Source: Formosa sp. Hel1_33_131 (lineage in GTDB: Bacteria > Bacteroidota > Bacteroidia > Flavobacteriales > Flavobacteriaceae). From it: a stretch of DNA of 32,000 nucleotides. Both the position numbers and the translations under genes were made by a program. Below are positions 9,537 through 17,858 of the stretch, one piece after another (position 1 is the stretch's first letter; the number at the start of each line of letters is the position of its first letter). The notes under the pieces were generated by a model. That model was not told where the DNA came from. It did no database searches and worked only from the letters and a program-made list of their open reading frames with translations. Location of the stretch: the NCBI RefSeq assembly GCF_001735745.1, contig NZ_CP017260.1:1740001-1772000 (forward strand). Direction: 5' to 3'.

Positions 9537-11117
9537 ATGGGAGGAGCAAAAGAAAGTCCAAGGCAAAAAATGATTAATTTGATGTACTTAGTATTTATAT
9601 CAATGCTAGCATTAAATATGTCTAAAGAAGTATTAAGTGCTTTTGGAATGATTTCAGAGCAAGTGACAGAAAATAATATTTCTTTACAAGAACGTATTAT
9701 TACATTTGAAACATCTATAGATAGCAATTTTGAAAAAGAAGATAAAATCTGGAAAGAAAAAAAGCTAGCGAAAGATCAGGTACATGAAATTACAACCAAT
9801 TTCCTAACCTATCTTACGAATCTTCAACAAACACCACCACAAAAAGAAGTTAAGGGATTAAAAGATCCAATTAACGATTACGAAGTGATGGACAAACCAG
9901 ACTATTTTGACAATAAATTCTTTATTGGAAGTCAAGGCGTTTTAAAACCAGAAGGTCAAGAGTTTCTAGATAAGATTAAAGCATTTAAAAGGGACTTTGT
10001 TGCGGTTGTAGATTCGCTCAAGACTGGAAAAAGTGACGAAAACTATGTCAACCTAATCAATGATGTTATAGATGTATTTGATACGGAGTCTGAAGTGATC
10101 AATAGATCAGGAGCCAAAACAACATGGATTGAGTATAACTATTTTGGGTTTCCTGAAGTAGCGACAAACACAAAGCTTACAGTAATGAAAGCCAATGTTC
10201 TTGGGTTTCAAGCAGAACTACTATCTGCGATGATTGGTGGTCAATATAAAATCAATGCCACTCTAGCCAATTTTGATGCCTATGTGGTTTCAGATAAAGC
10301 CGCTTATTTTCCCGGATCTAAATTTTCTGGTACAATAGTTTTAGGTAAAAAATCTGAAAACTTGCAACCGACAGCAATTAAAATCAACGATTCAGAGATA
10401 GATCCAATTGAATCTTTAAATTCTGAAGGAGCAATTGTACTTGATTTCCCAGTGGGGGCTGTGGGTACTAGAGAAATTGTGGGTACAATCACGTTTGAAG
10501 AAGGAGATGGGGAGCCAATTGAAATCCCTGTTTTTTCCAATTACGAAGTGATTTCTAAGCCAAACACTGCTTCTGTACAAGTAATGGGAAGAAACACATT
10601 ATTCAGAAACTTTGACAACTTGGTAAAAGTATCCGTACCAGGCGTTGCTGCAAACTTAGTAACTGCTTCGGGACCTGGAGTCACTAGCAAAGGGGATGGA
10701 TTATACACGATCAAACCTCAAAAGGGACAAGAACTCGTGTTAAAGATTTCTGCTGAACTTCCGGATGATTCTACATTCAGTTCATCTGAAACTTTTCAGA
10801 TAAGAAGAGCTCCAGTGCCAAATATTTTATTTAATGGTAAAGAAGGAGGTTCTATGTCAAGAAGCTCTATGGTAAGCGGATCAATGAGTGCCATTTATGA
10901 CCCAGCTTATGGCTTAGAATCTACAGTTAGAGTAAGATCATTCACCGTAAAAATTGGACCAAAAGCTTTTGATTGTACAGGAAATGCTTTAAGTGCAAAA
11001 GCAAAATCCGCTTTGAAAAAAGCACCAAAAGGGTTTGATGTTAGTTTTAAGAAAATTAATTATGCAGGGATCACCGCCGGTCAAAAAGAATCGGGACCCT
11101 CAATAACCATAAATTAA
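9537..11117 (+). CDS. gldM: gliding motility / T9SS protein GldM
   Basis: Conserved N-terminus PRQKMINLMYLVFISMLALNMSKEVL, a single TM helix, ~520 aa, and synteny. Confidence 0.9.
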   Translation: MGGAKESPRQKMINLMYLVFISMLALNMSKEVLSAFGMISEQVTENNISLQERIITFETSIDSNFEKEDKIWKEKKLAKDQVHEITTNFLTYLTNLQQTPPQKEVKGLKDPINDYEVMDKPDYFDNKFFIGSQGVLKPEGQEFLDKIKAFKRDFVAVVDSLKTGKSDENYVNLINDVIDVFDTESEVINRSGAKTTWIEYNYFGFPEVATNTKLTVMKANVLGFQAELLSAMIGGQYKINATLANFDAYVVSDKAAYFPGSKFSGTIVLGKKSENLQPTAIKINDSEIDPIESLNSEGAIVLDFPVGAVGTREIVGTITFEEGDGEPIEIPVFSNYEVISKPNTASVQVMGRNTLFRNFDNLVKVSVPGVAANLVTASGPGVTSKGDGLYTIKPQKGQELVLKISAELPDDSTFSSSETFQIRRAPVPNILFNGKEGGSMSRSSMVSGSMSAIYDPAYGLESTVRVRSFTVKIGPKAFDCTGNALSAKAKSALKKAPKGFDVSFKKINYAGITAGQKESGPSITIN

Positions 11118-11124
11118 ATTAAAC

Positions 11125-12342
11125 ATGAGAAAGTCTGTTTTTTTATTAGTATTACTTTTGAATCTATCTATTGGGTTTTCTCAAGCGAACCTTTTAAATA
11201 CGAAATCATCTTATGAACTTGAAACGGTTTCTAAGATAGAAGAAGGTGCGGAATTCAAGCCTTTGGATTACGCAAAAGTGAGCGATGAAGATATTGTATT
11301 TTCTTACACAACTTGGGAAGTGATGGACTTAAATGAGCGTGTCAACTTTCCGTTCCTGTATCCGATCGATATTTACTCGGTGACTCCAGACAGAAAACCA
11401 CTAATTCATTATCTAATAGATGGTGTAAGGTCTTTTGAGTTTCCAGCCTATTTTAATGACACTTTCACTGAAGAAATATCAGATGAAGAATTTGAAAATA
11501 TTCAAGTTTATAAAGTTTTAAAACCAGGTGTTGATGCCGATGGTATTACTGAAGGAAAGGAACATTTTGACATTGCAGGTTCATGGAGAGCGCATTTAGA
11601 ATCGCTTGGTTATGAATTCCCTGAAGAAGAATGGGTCACTTACGATCCTTCATCAACAGAATTCTTAGAATTAGAAGACAACCTTAAGGTAGACGAGTAC
11701 CAAAGAAAATGGAACGCAGTTGCGGCTTCTTTGATGCCTGACACCGATTTTAACTCTGCTGAATTTGAGTACAGTGATGTAAGAAAATACATCATTAAAG
11801 GAGTTTGGTATTTCGATAGAATCGCTACAGAACTTAAATTCAGACCCATCGCTATTGGACCTGTTGCATTGAGTGCTGAAGATAAATTTGCACAAACAAA
11901 TGATGACACAGGCAGTGCAGATGATTCTGGGGATGATGGTGGTTTTGGAGCTTTCTTTGATGACGAGCCAGAAGAGGAAGTTGCTGAAGAAGAAGTTGCA
12001 GAAGAAGATTCTGAAACAGATAGTTTTGCTTCAATGAGTGATGAGCCAGCAGTCGATTCTGACAAAGAATATACACCAATGTTCTGGGTGTTCTATCCAG
12101 AAGCAAGAGAAGTTCTTAGTCAGGCCTATGCCTTCAACCAAAAAAATATGTCAAAACCTTTTTCTTTTGACCGATTAATTAACTCAAGACGTTTCTCTGC
12201 GACGATATACAAAGAAGCGAATGTGTATCAAGATAGAGACATTAGAGATTATATCAGTAAAAATGCATTGATGCAACTCTTAGAGTCAGATCGTATCAAA
12301 GAAAAAATCAGAAACAAGGAACAAGACATGTGGAGTTATTAA
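11125..12342 (+). CDS. gldN: gliding motility / T9SS periplasmic ring protein GldN, with an internal acidic insert
   Basis: Signal peptide, position after gldM, and conserved C-terminal part (MFWVFYPEAR...ANVYQDRDIRDY). Confidence 0.85.
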   Translation: MRKSVFLLVLLLNLSIGFSQANLLNTKSSYELETVSKIEEGAEFKPLDYAKVSDEDIVFSYTTWEVMDLNERVNFPFLYPIDIYSVTPDRKPLIHYLIDGVRSFEFPAYFNDTFTEEISDEEFENIQVYKVLKPGVDADGITEGKEHFDIAGSWRAHLESLGYEFPEEEWVTYDPSSTEFLELEDNLKVDEYQRKWNAVAASLMPDTDFNSAEFEYSDVRKYIIKGVWYFDRIATELKFRPIAIGPVALSAEDKFAQTNDDTGSADDSGDDGGFGAFFDDEPEEEVAEEEVAEEDSETDSFASMSDEPAVDSDKEYTPMFWVFYPEAREVLSQAYAFNQKNMSKPFSFDRLINSRRFSATIYKEANVYQDRDIRDYISKNALMQLLESDRIKEKIRNKEQDMWSY

Positions 12343-12364
12343 TTCACAATCTTACCACTACAAC

Positions 12365-12393
12365 AAAACGCTTATCTATTCGATAAGCGTTTT
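12365..12393 (+). terminator. intrinsic terminator after gldN
   Basis: Perfect 12-bp stem aaaacgcttatc / gataagcgtttt with a 5-nt loop. The 3' arm ends in a T-tract. Confidence 0.7.
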
Positions 12394-12414
12394 GTATTTT
12401 AATACCTTTGCCAA

Positions 12415-13455
12415 ATGAAATATGATTACATCATTGTAGGGTCGGGCTTGGCAAGCATTATGTTTGCCGAACAATTACGGCTCCACAATAAATCATTTCT
12501 CGTCATCAGCAACCGTTCTCAACAAGCCTCTGTAGTTGCAAGCGGATTGTACAACCCCGTTGTTTTAAAACGCTTTACAGTCACTTGGAATGCCGCCATT
12601 CACTTGGAGTCAGCAATTCCTAAATATGCCGCCTTAGAGCAGCTATTAGGGCTTAAACTCGACTACGTGCTTCCAATTCATCGGGTGTTTAATTCGGTCA
12701 AAGAACAAAACAACTGGTTTTTAGCTTGTGACAAACCCCTGCTTACGGAATTCTTAAACCCTAAGTTGGTAAACAATGCAAATCCATCTGTCAAAGCCCC
12801 TTTTGGTTTTGGCGCAGTAAACCATACCGGACGGATCGACACCCAAGCTCTTATAGAAGCCTATCGCGATTTTTTAATTAACTTAAACCAATTTAAAGAG
12901 GAAACGTTTGAGCATAATGATTTAATCGAAACTACTGAAGGGGTGGAGTATCACTCTATAAAAGCGCATCACATTGTATTCACCGAAGGTTTTGGAATTC
13001 ATAAAAACCCTTTTTTTAAGCACCTACAGCTAGAAGGCACCAAAGGCGAACTTATTACCATTCATGCGCCAGCTCTCAAATTGGAGTCTATTTTGAAATC
13101 CAGCATATTTGTGATTCCTATGGTGGAAGACCGCTATCTTGTTGGCTCTACCTATGAATGGACTGATAAAACAAATGACCCAACCGAAGCAGCAAAAACG
13201 GAACTTTTAGAAAAACTGGAACGCCTCATTGATTGTGAATTTGAAGTCATTGACCAGCGCGCAGGCATTCGTCCAACCGTCGTCGATCGCCGTCCGTTAG
13301 TAGGGCAGCACCCCAATCATAAAAGCATGTATGTGTTAAATGGACTAGGCACCCGTGGTGTTTTGGTGGCGCCTTCCATGGCAGAAGCTCTTTATGATTC
13401 TATAGAAAAAAATACGCCTCTGGCTGAAGAAATCGATATCAATCGGTTTGCATAG
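12415..13455 (+). CDS. FAD-dependent oxidoreductase (DAO-like)
   Basis: N-terminal dinucleotide-binding motif YDYIIVGSGLAS; 346 aa. Confidence 0.75.
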   Translation: MKYDYIIVGSGLASIMFAEQLRLHNKSFLVISNRSQQASVVASGLYNPVVLKRFTVTWNAAIHLESAIPKYAALEQLLGLKLDYVLPIHRVFNSVKEQNNWFLACDKPLLTEFLNPKLVNNANPSVKAPFGFGAVNHTGRIDTQALIEAYRDFLINLNQFKEETFEHNDLIETTEGVEYHSIKAHHIVFTEGFGIHKNPFFKHLQLEGTKGELITIHAPALKLESILKSSIFVIPMVEDRYLVGSTYEWTDKTNDPTEAAKTELLEKLERLIDCEFEVIDQRAGIRPTVVDRRPLVGQHPNHKSMYVLNGLGTRGVLVAPSMAEALYDSIEKNTPLAEEIDINRFA

Positions 13456-13845
13456 TTATTTTTTTTCAACCAATTCAGCATCGTAACTCATAAAAAGGTT
13501 GATCCAAATATTTCGAGACAGTCGCATGATAATGGGCATAAACCCTATAAGTGTACACACAATGGCAATAAACGACTCCGCTAACGAACTTTCAAAAAGG
13601 ATGAATGTTAATAAGAAAGCTGCCATCGAAAATGCAATTCCAACTCCGTAACTGACATACATGGAACCATAAAAAAAGGAAGGTTCAATTTTGTATTTTG
13701 TTTGACAATGGCCACAGCGTTCGTGCATTTTTAAGGTTTGTGAAAGCTGATAGGCGTTTTTCGTTTCATACATTAATTCAAGATGACATTTAGGACATTT
13801 CCCTGTCAAAATACTATACAGCTTATTTCCTTTTTTTAATATCAT
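13456..13845 (-). CDS. DUF983-like small membrane protein with N-terminal zinc ribbon
   Basis: CPKC...CGHC pair followed by two TM helices. This architecture matches DUF983 as I remember it. Confidence 0.7.
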   Translation of the reverse strand: MILKKGNKLYSILTGKCPKCHLELMYETKNAYQLSQTLKMHERCGHCQTKYKIEPSFFYGSMYVSYGVGIAFSMAAFLLTFILFESSLAESFIAIVCTLIGFMPIIMRLSRNIWINLFMSYDAELVEKK

Positions 13846-13915
13846 AATTCACTATTTTTGCAACTTGTTAAGAAAAGCTAAACTATTTATAATTATTCCC
13901 TTTTACAATTTTTAA

Positions 13916-15829
13916 ATGTTAAACATCCATAAGTTATCCGTATCATTCCAAGGCGATTATTTATTTGAAAATATTTCCTTTCGACTGCGTGGTGGCGATC
14001 GTGTGGGTTTAATTGGAAAAAATGGAGCTGGAAAATCAACACTTCTAAAACTACTTTCGGGAGAATTAGAATATACCGAAGGTCAAGTGGCTCAAGAAAA
14101 GAAAGATCTCAAAATTGGATTTCTAAAACAAGACATTGATTTTGTTTTGGGACGCACCATTCTTGAAGAAGCCTATCAAGCCTTTGTGGAGATTAAAGCG
14201 TTAGAACTTCAACTCGAAGATATTAACACTCAATTGGCGGAGCGTACGGATTATGAAAGTCAAGGCTATCATGATTTGATGGTGGGCTTGAATGAGGTTC
14301 AGGAACAATACGAAATTCTTGGGGGGTATAACTACCAAGGAGAAACTGAAAAAATACTTATTGGTTTAGGATTTAAACGTGAAGATTTTAATAAACTCAC
14401 CGACACCTTTTCAGGGGGATGGCGTATGCGAATTGAATTGGCAAAACTATTGTTGCAAACCAATGACATTTTGCTTTTAGATGAGCCAACAAATCACTTG
14501 GATATTGAGTCAATTATCTGGTTGGAACAATTTTTAAATAACTATTCTGGAGCCGTGGTGATTGTGTCGCACGATAAGATGTTTTTGGACAATGTGACCA
14601 ATCGAACCATTGAAATTGTACTCGGTAAAATATATGATTATCCACGAGCATACACTAAATATTTAGTCTTACGAGAAGAACAAAAAACCTTACAATTAGC
14701 CTCTCAAAAAAATCAGCAAAAACAGATTGAACAAACGGAGAAGCTCATCGAAAAATTTAGAGCCAAAGCGTCCAAAGCCACCATGGCGCAATCGCTGATT
14801 AAAAAATTAGATAAAATTGAACGCATCGCCGTAGATGAGGACGACAACAGTGTGATGACACTTAAGTTTCCTGTGTCCACCATCCCAGGAAAGGTCGTTG
14901 TTGAAGCCTCTCAAATCTCTAAAGAATATGGCGATTTAAAAGTACTTCAGCACATTGATTTAATGGTCGATCGTGGAAGTAAAATAGCCTTTGTAGGTCA
15001 AAATGGACAAGGAAAATCCACGCTCGCCAAAATTATAGTAGGCGATTTAGAAGCTAAGGGTGATGTCAAGCTCGGTCACAACGTTCAGATTGGCTATTTT
15101 GCGCAAAATCAAGCGGAGTATTTGGATGGGAGTAAAACCGTTTTAGACACCATGATTGATGCCGCCAATGAAACCAACCGTTCGAAAGTCCGTGATATTT
15201 TAGGGTCCTTTTTGTTTAGAGGGGATGCTGCTGAAAAGTATGTCAGAGTCCTATCTGGAGGGGAGCGTAACCGTTTGGCACTGGCAAAATTATTGCTTCA
15301 GCCGTTGAATGTACTCATCATGGATGAGCCTACCAACCACTTGGATATTAAATCTAAAAACGTTCTAAAAACGGCACTTCAGCAATTTGAAGGTACTCTA
15401 ATTTTAGTGTCTCACGATAGGGATTTTTTACAAGGATTGACGTCAACTGTTTATGAATTTAAAGATCAAAAACTAAAACAATACTTGGGTGATATCGATT
15501 TTTATTTAGAACAACGTCAGGTTGAAAACTTACGTGAAGTTGAAAAACGCACTCAAATAAAAACACCTCAAAAAACAGCAGCTCCAAAACAGTCCTATGA
15601 AGATCAAAAGCAACTGAAGTCGCTTAATAACCGATTGAGTAAAGCGGAAGCTTCAATTGCCAATTTGGAGAAAGACATCAAAAAAATTGATGTAGAAATG
15701 GAACTCAATTACGATCAAACGGTTGCCAAGCCTGGTTTTTTTGAAAGTTACCAAGCCAAAAAAGATCAATTGGATCAACTCATGTCCGATTGGGAAGGGA
15801 TTACAGAGTCGCTTGAAAAACTGGGATAA
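13916..15829 (+). CDS. ABC-F family ATPase (two ABC domains, no TM domain)
   Basis: Two Walker A motifs (GKNGAGKST, GQNGQGKST), two signatures (FSGGWRMR, LSGGERNR), two Walker B motifs (LLLDEPTNHLD, LIMDEPTNHLD), and a coiled C-terminal extension. Confidence 0.92.
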   Translation: MLNIHKLSVSFQGDYLFENISFRLRGGDRVGLIGKNGAGKSTLLKLLSGELEYTEGQVAQEKKDLKIGFLKQDIDFVLGRTILEEAYQAFVEIKALELQLEDINTQLAERTDYESQGYHDLMVGLNEVQEQYEILGGYNYQGETEKILIGLGFKREDFNKLTDTFSGGWRMRIELAKLLLQTNDILLLDEPTNHLDIESIIWLEQFLNNYSGAVVIVSHDKMFLDNVTNRTIEIVLGKIYDYPRAYTKYLVLREEQKTLQLASQKNQQKQIEQTEKLIEKFRAKASKATMAQSLIKKLDKIERIAVDEDDNSVMTLKFPVSTIPGKVVVEASQISKEYGDLKVLQHIDLMVDRGSKIAFVGQNGQGKSTLAKIIVGDLEAKGDVKLGHNVQIGYFAQNQAEYLDGSKTVLDTMIDAANETNRSKVRDILGSFLFRGDAAEKYVRVLSGGERNRLALAKLLLQPLNVLIMDEPTNHLDIKSKNVLKTALQQFEGTLILVSHDRDFLQGLTSTVYEFKDQKLKQYLGDIDFYLEQRQVENLREVEKRTQIKTPQKTAAPKQSYEDQKQLKSLNNRLSKAEASIANLEKDIKKIDVEMELNYDQTVAKPGFFESYQAKKDQLDQLMSDWEGITESLEKLG

Positions 15830-16011
15830 TGGAAGAACACTTTTATCAATGCCCCCATTGTTGGGAAGAGGTCTCAATTTTAATTGATTTTTCACAAGCG
15901 TCTCAAAATTATATTGAGGATTGCGAAGTGTGCTGCAATCCTATACAGTTCAACATTAGTATCTTAGACCACACTCTGTCTTCTTTCGAAGTAAATAGCA
16001 TAGAACAGTAA
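15829..16011 (+). CDS. CPXCG-motif cysteine-rich small protein
   Basis: 60 aa with CPHC ... CEVCC. The start overlaps the ABC-F stop by 1 nt. Confidence 0.7.
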   Translation: MEEHFYQCPHCWEEVSILIDFSQASQNYIEDCEVCCNPIQFNISILDHTLSSFEVNSIEQ

Positions 16012-16052
16012 GATATATTTTCAATTTTTCTTTTAGAATTACAAAAAGGTTG

Positions 16053-16060
16053 TATATTTG
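16053..16060 (+). promoter_or_regulatory. TATATTTG -7 box upstream of the truncated tRNA copy
   Basis: Matches the Bacteroidota TAnnTTTG consensus, 11 nt before tRNA position 1. Confidence 0.5.
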
Positions 16061-16069
16061 TCGTCCTAT

Positions 16070-16110
16070 ATCGCGGGATAGAGCAGTAGGTAGCTCGTCG
16101 GGCTCATAAC
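16070..16110 (+). repeat. attL: 41-nt direct repeat = 2 nt + positions 1-39 of tRNA-fMet (truncated copy)
   Basis: Identical to 27899-27939. Identity ends right after the anticodon loop, and the downstream sequence cannot complete a tRNA. Confidence 0.9.
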
Positions 16111-16181
16111 ACTCCTCACCACCCAATTTCAACTAATTTTATTAACTCATTTTCAAGTAGTTACAAATATATAATCCTACT

Positions 16182-16212
16182 TGTGTTATACGTGCTAGAC
16201 TCTTGTGTTAGA
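16182..16212 (+). repeat. two direct copies of TGTGTTA(T/G)A (candidate integrase arm-type sites), left arm
   Basis: cTTGTGTTAta at 16180-16190 and cTTGTGTTAGA at 16202-16212. The same 9-mer occurs twice near the right end. Confidence 0.55.
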
Positions 16213-16223
16213 TAAAATACGAA

Positions 16224-17459
16224 TTATCCAAAGACTTTAACCTTCATTAATTTCTCTTCTTCAACGTTTAATAAAAGTGGATTGATGTAGTGGTTTTCTA
16301 ATACCTTCATTGAAGTGTGAGATGACAATAATCTGGTATCACTTCCCATGGTATGAAATACCCAAGTAAGGTATGTTTTTCTCAGATGTTTTAGAGTAAA
16401 AGGAGTTTCGATACCTGCAGATTTTCTAAAATGGGTGAACGATCGAGAAACTTTCTCCATGATGGTATTAATTGTGTACGTATTCTCAGGATCGATGAGT
16501 TTGACATTTTTACCTTTCATTTGATCATATCCCATTTCTTTTAAAAGTTTCAATAGATCTTCATTAATAGGGGAGTACTTCTTTGGAGTATTCTTATTCC
16601 CTAATCGTTCAACCTTCAGGTTTCTAAATTGAAAGAATAGCACTCCGTTATTGCCTTGGATAATATCACTCCATTTTAGACTGAGTACTTCCTCTCTACG
16701 TCCACCAACAAGTAGAAAGAGTTTAAATGCGTTAGTCATCCAAGTAGCATACACGTAATCTCTTCTTCCATTGGTTCTTGTTTGTTGAAATGAAGACTTT
16801 GATTCTACCGCTGCTATAATTTTCTCAAACTCATCTTTGGTTAAAATCAAATTATCACCTGTAAGCACTTGTTTTCTAACACAATTTTTAAATGGATTCT
16901 TGATGTCTAACTCTTCGATTTCGATCAAGAACTTATAGAAAGAAGTTATGCTCGTTAAAACCTTGTTGAAGGTTTTGGGGTGAGGGTATTTAATCTCCAA
17001 TTGTCTGTAGAAAATAGAAACATCATTATTTCTGACATTCCCCGGTTTCATCTTCCTGAGATTGTGGTTGTTTTTCAAAGATTTAGCAAAAAGCGTACAA
17101 TACTTAATTAACTCCTTACGATGTTTATCTGATACCTCCTTTTTTAAATGTGCATATTGTGTATCTCCCTTAAGATATTGATCAAAATAAACGAGTGCTT
17201 CAGCAATATTCATTTTAGATCGATCAGGAACCGTTTCCTCCGCACCATTCTCGATTCTCCTTCTAAATTCAATACCCTCAACTACAGCATCAGCGTATAC
17301 CTTTGATTTTAGGAGTTTACTTCGGTGTTTACCAGTAACTCGATCAATAAAACACATCCGGAACACATGGTGGTCGTTGTGACGACAACCCCTGTTATTT
17401 TGTCTACATTTTTTACAGTAGATTTTGATTCCCGAATGTGAATTATTTGGTAATTTCAT
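16224..17459 (-). CDS. tyrosine site-specific integrase
   Basis: Catalytic-type motifs GGRREEV (R), LKHLRKTY (HxxR) and SHTSMKVLENHY (H...Y), and location at the island edge. Confidence 0.9.
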   Translation of the reverse strand: MKLPNNSHSGIKIYCKKCRQNNRGCRHNDHHVFRMCFIDRVTGKHRSKLLKSKVYADAVVEGIEFRRRIENGAEETVPDRSKMNIAEALVYFDQYLKGDTQYAHLKKEVSDKHRKELIKYCTLFAKSLKNNHNLRKMKPGNVRNNDVSIFYRQLEIKYPHPKTFNKVLTSITSFYKFLIEIEELDIKNPFKNCVRKQVLTGDNLILTKDEFEKIIAAVESKSSFQQTRTNGRRDYVYATWMTNAFKLFLLVGGRREEVLSLKWSDIIQGNNGVLFFQFRNLKVERLGNKNTPKKYSPINEDLLKLLKEMGYDQMKGKNVKLIDPENTYTINTIMEKVSRSFTHFRKSAGIETPFTLKHLRKTYLTWVFHTMGSDTRLLSSHTSMKVLENHYINPLLLNVEEEKLMKVKVFG

Positions 17460-17830
17460 TATTGATAAAGTTCTTGAAAGATGGATTCATGCTCCTTATT
17501 AGAGCTAATGTCCAGATTAAAATGGTAAGGCACAAATCCAGTGTCAAATTCCAAACAATCATGGTAGAGGAGTTGATGTAGTTCTTTCTGATCACCATAG
17601 ATTGATTCTAAACGTGGTTTCCATGAATTTGGATATCTTTTTACTAAATCTTCAGCAAAAGGTCTCCAGACCTCTTGTTCGACCTGTATCCGAAAAACAT
17701 ATTCCCTTCCATCTTTGTGGATGTGGATGTGATGATCCCTAAGCCACTTTTTGATCGAACGGTTGTCCTTTCGATTTATATATTGACCAACTTGATGTAG
17801 GTTTATGCGATTAGTAGAGTTATTATTCAT
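17459..17830 (-). CDS. small HTH protein, excisionase/recombination-directionality-like
   Basis: The N-terminal INLHQVGQYINRKDNRSIKKWLRDHHIHIHKDGREYVF resembles Xis/AlpA-type winged HTH. The stop overlaps the integrase ATG (TAATG). Confidence 0.45.
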   Translation of the reverse strand: MNNNSTNRINLHQVGQYINRKDNRSIKKWLRDHHIHIHKDGREYVFRIQVEQEVWRPFAEDLVKRYPNSWKPRLESIYGDQKELHQLLYHDCLEFDTGFVPYHFNLDISSNKEHESIFQELYQ

Positions 17831-17858
17831 TGCCTTAAAATTATTTTGATGATATCGT

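Noticed and set aside
11640-12106. Three minus-strand ORFs inside gldN (141, 74 and 84 aa).
   Set aside because: They are mirror frames of the acidic GAA/GAT-rich insert, giving Ser/Leu/Gln-rich junk. They have no independent start context.
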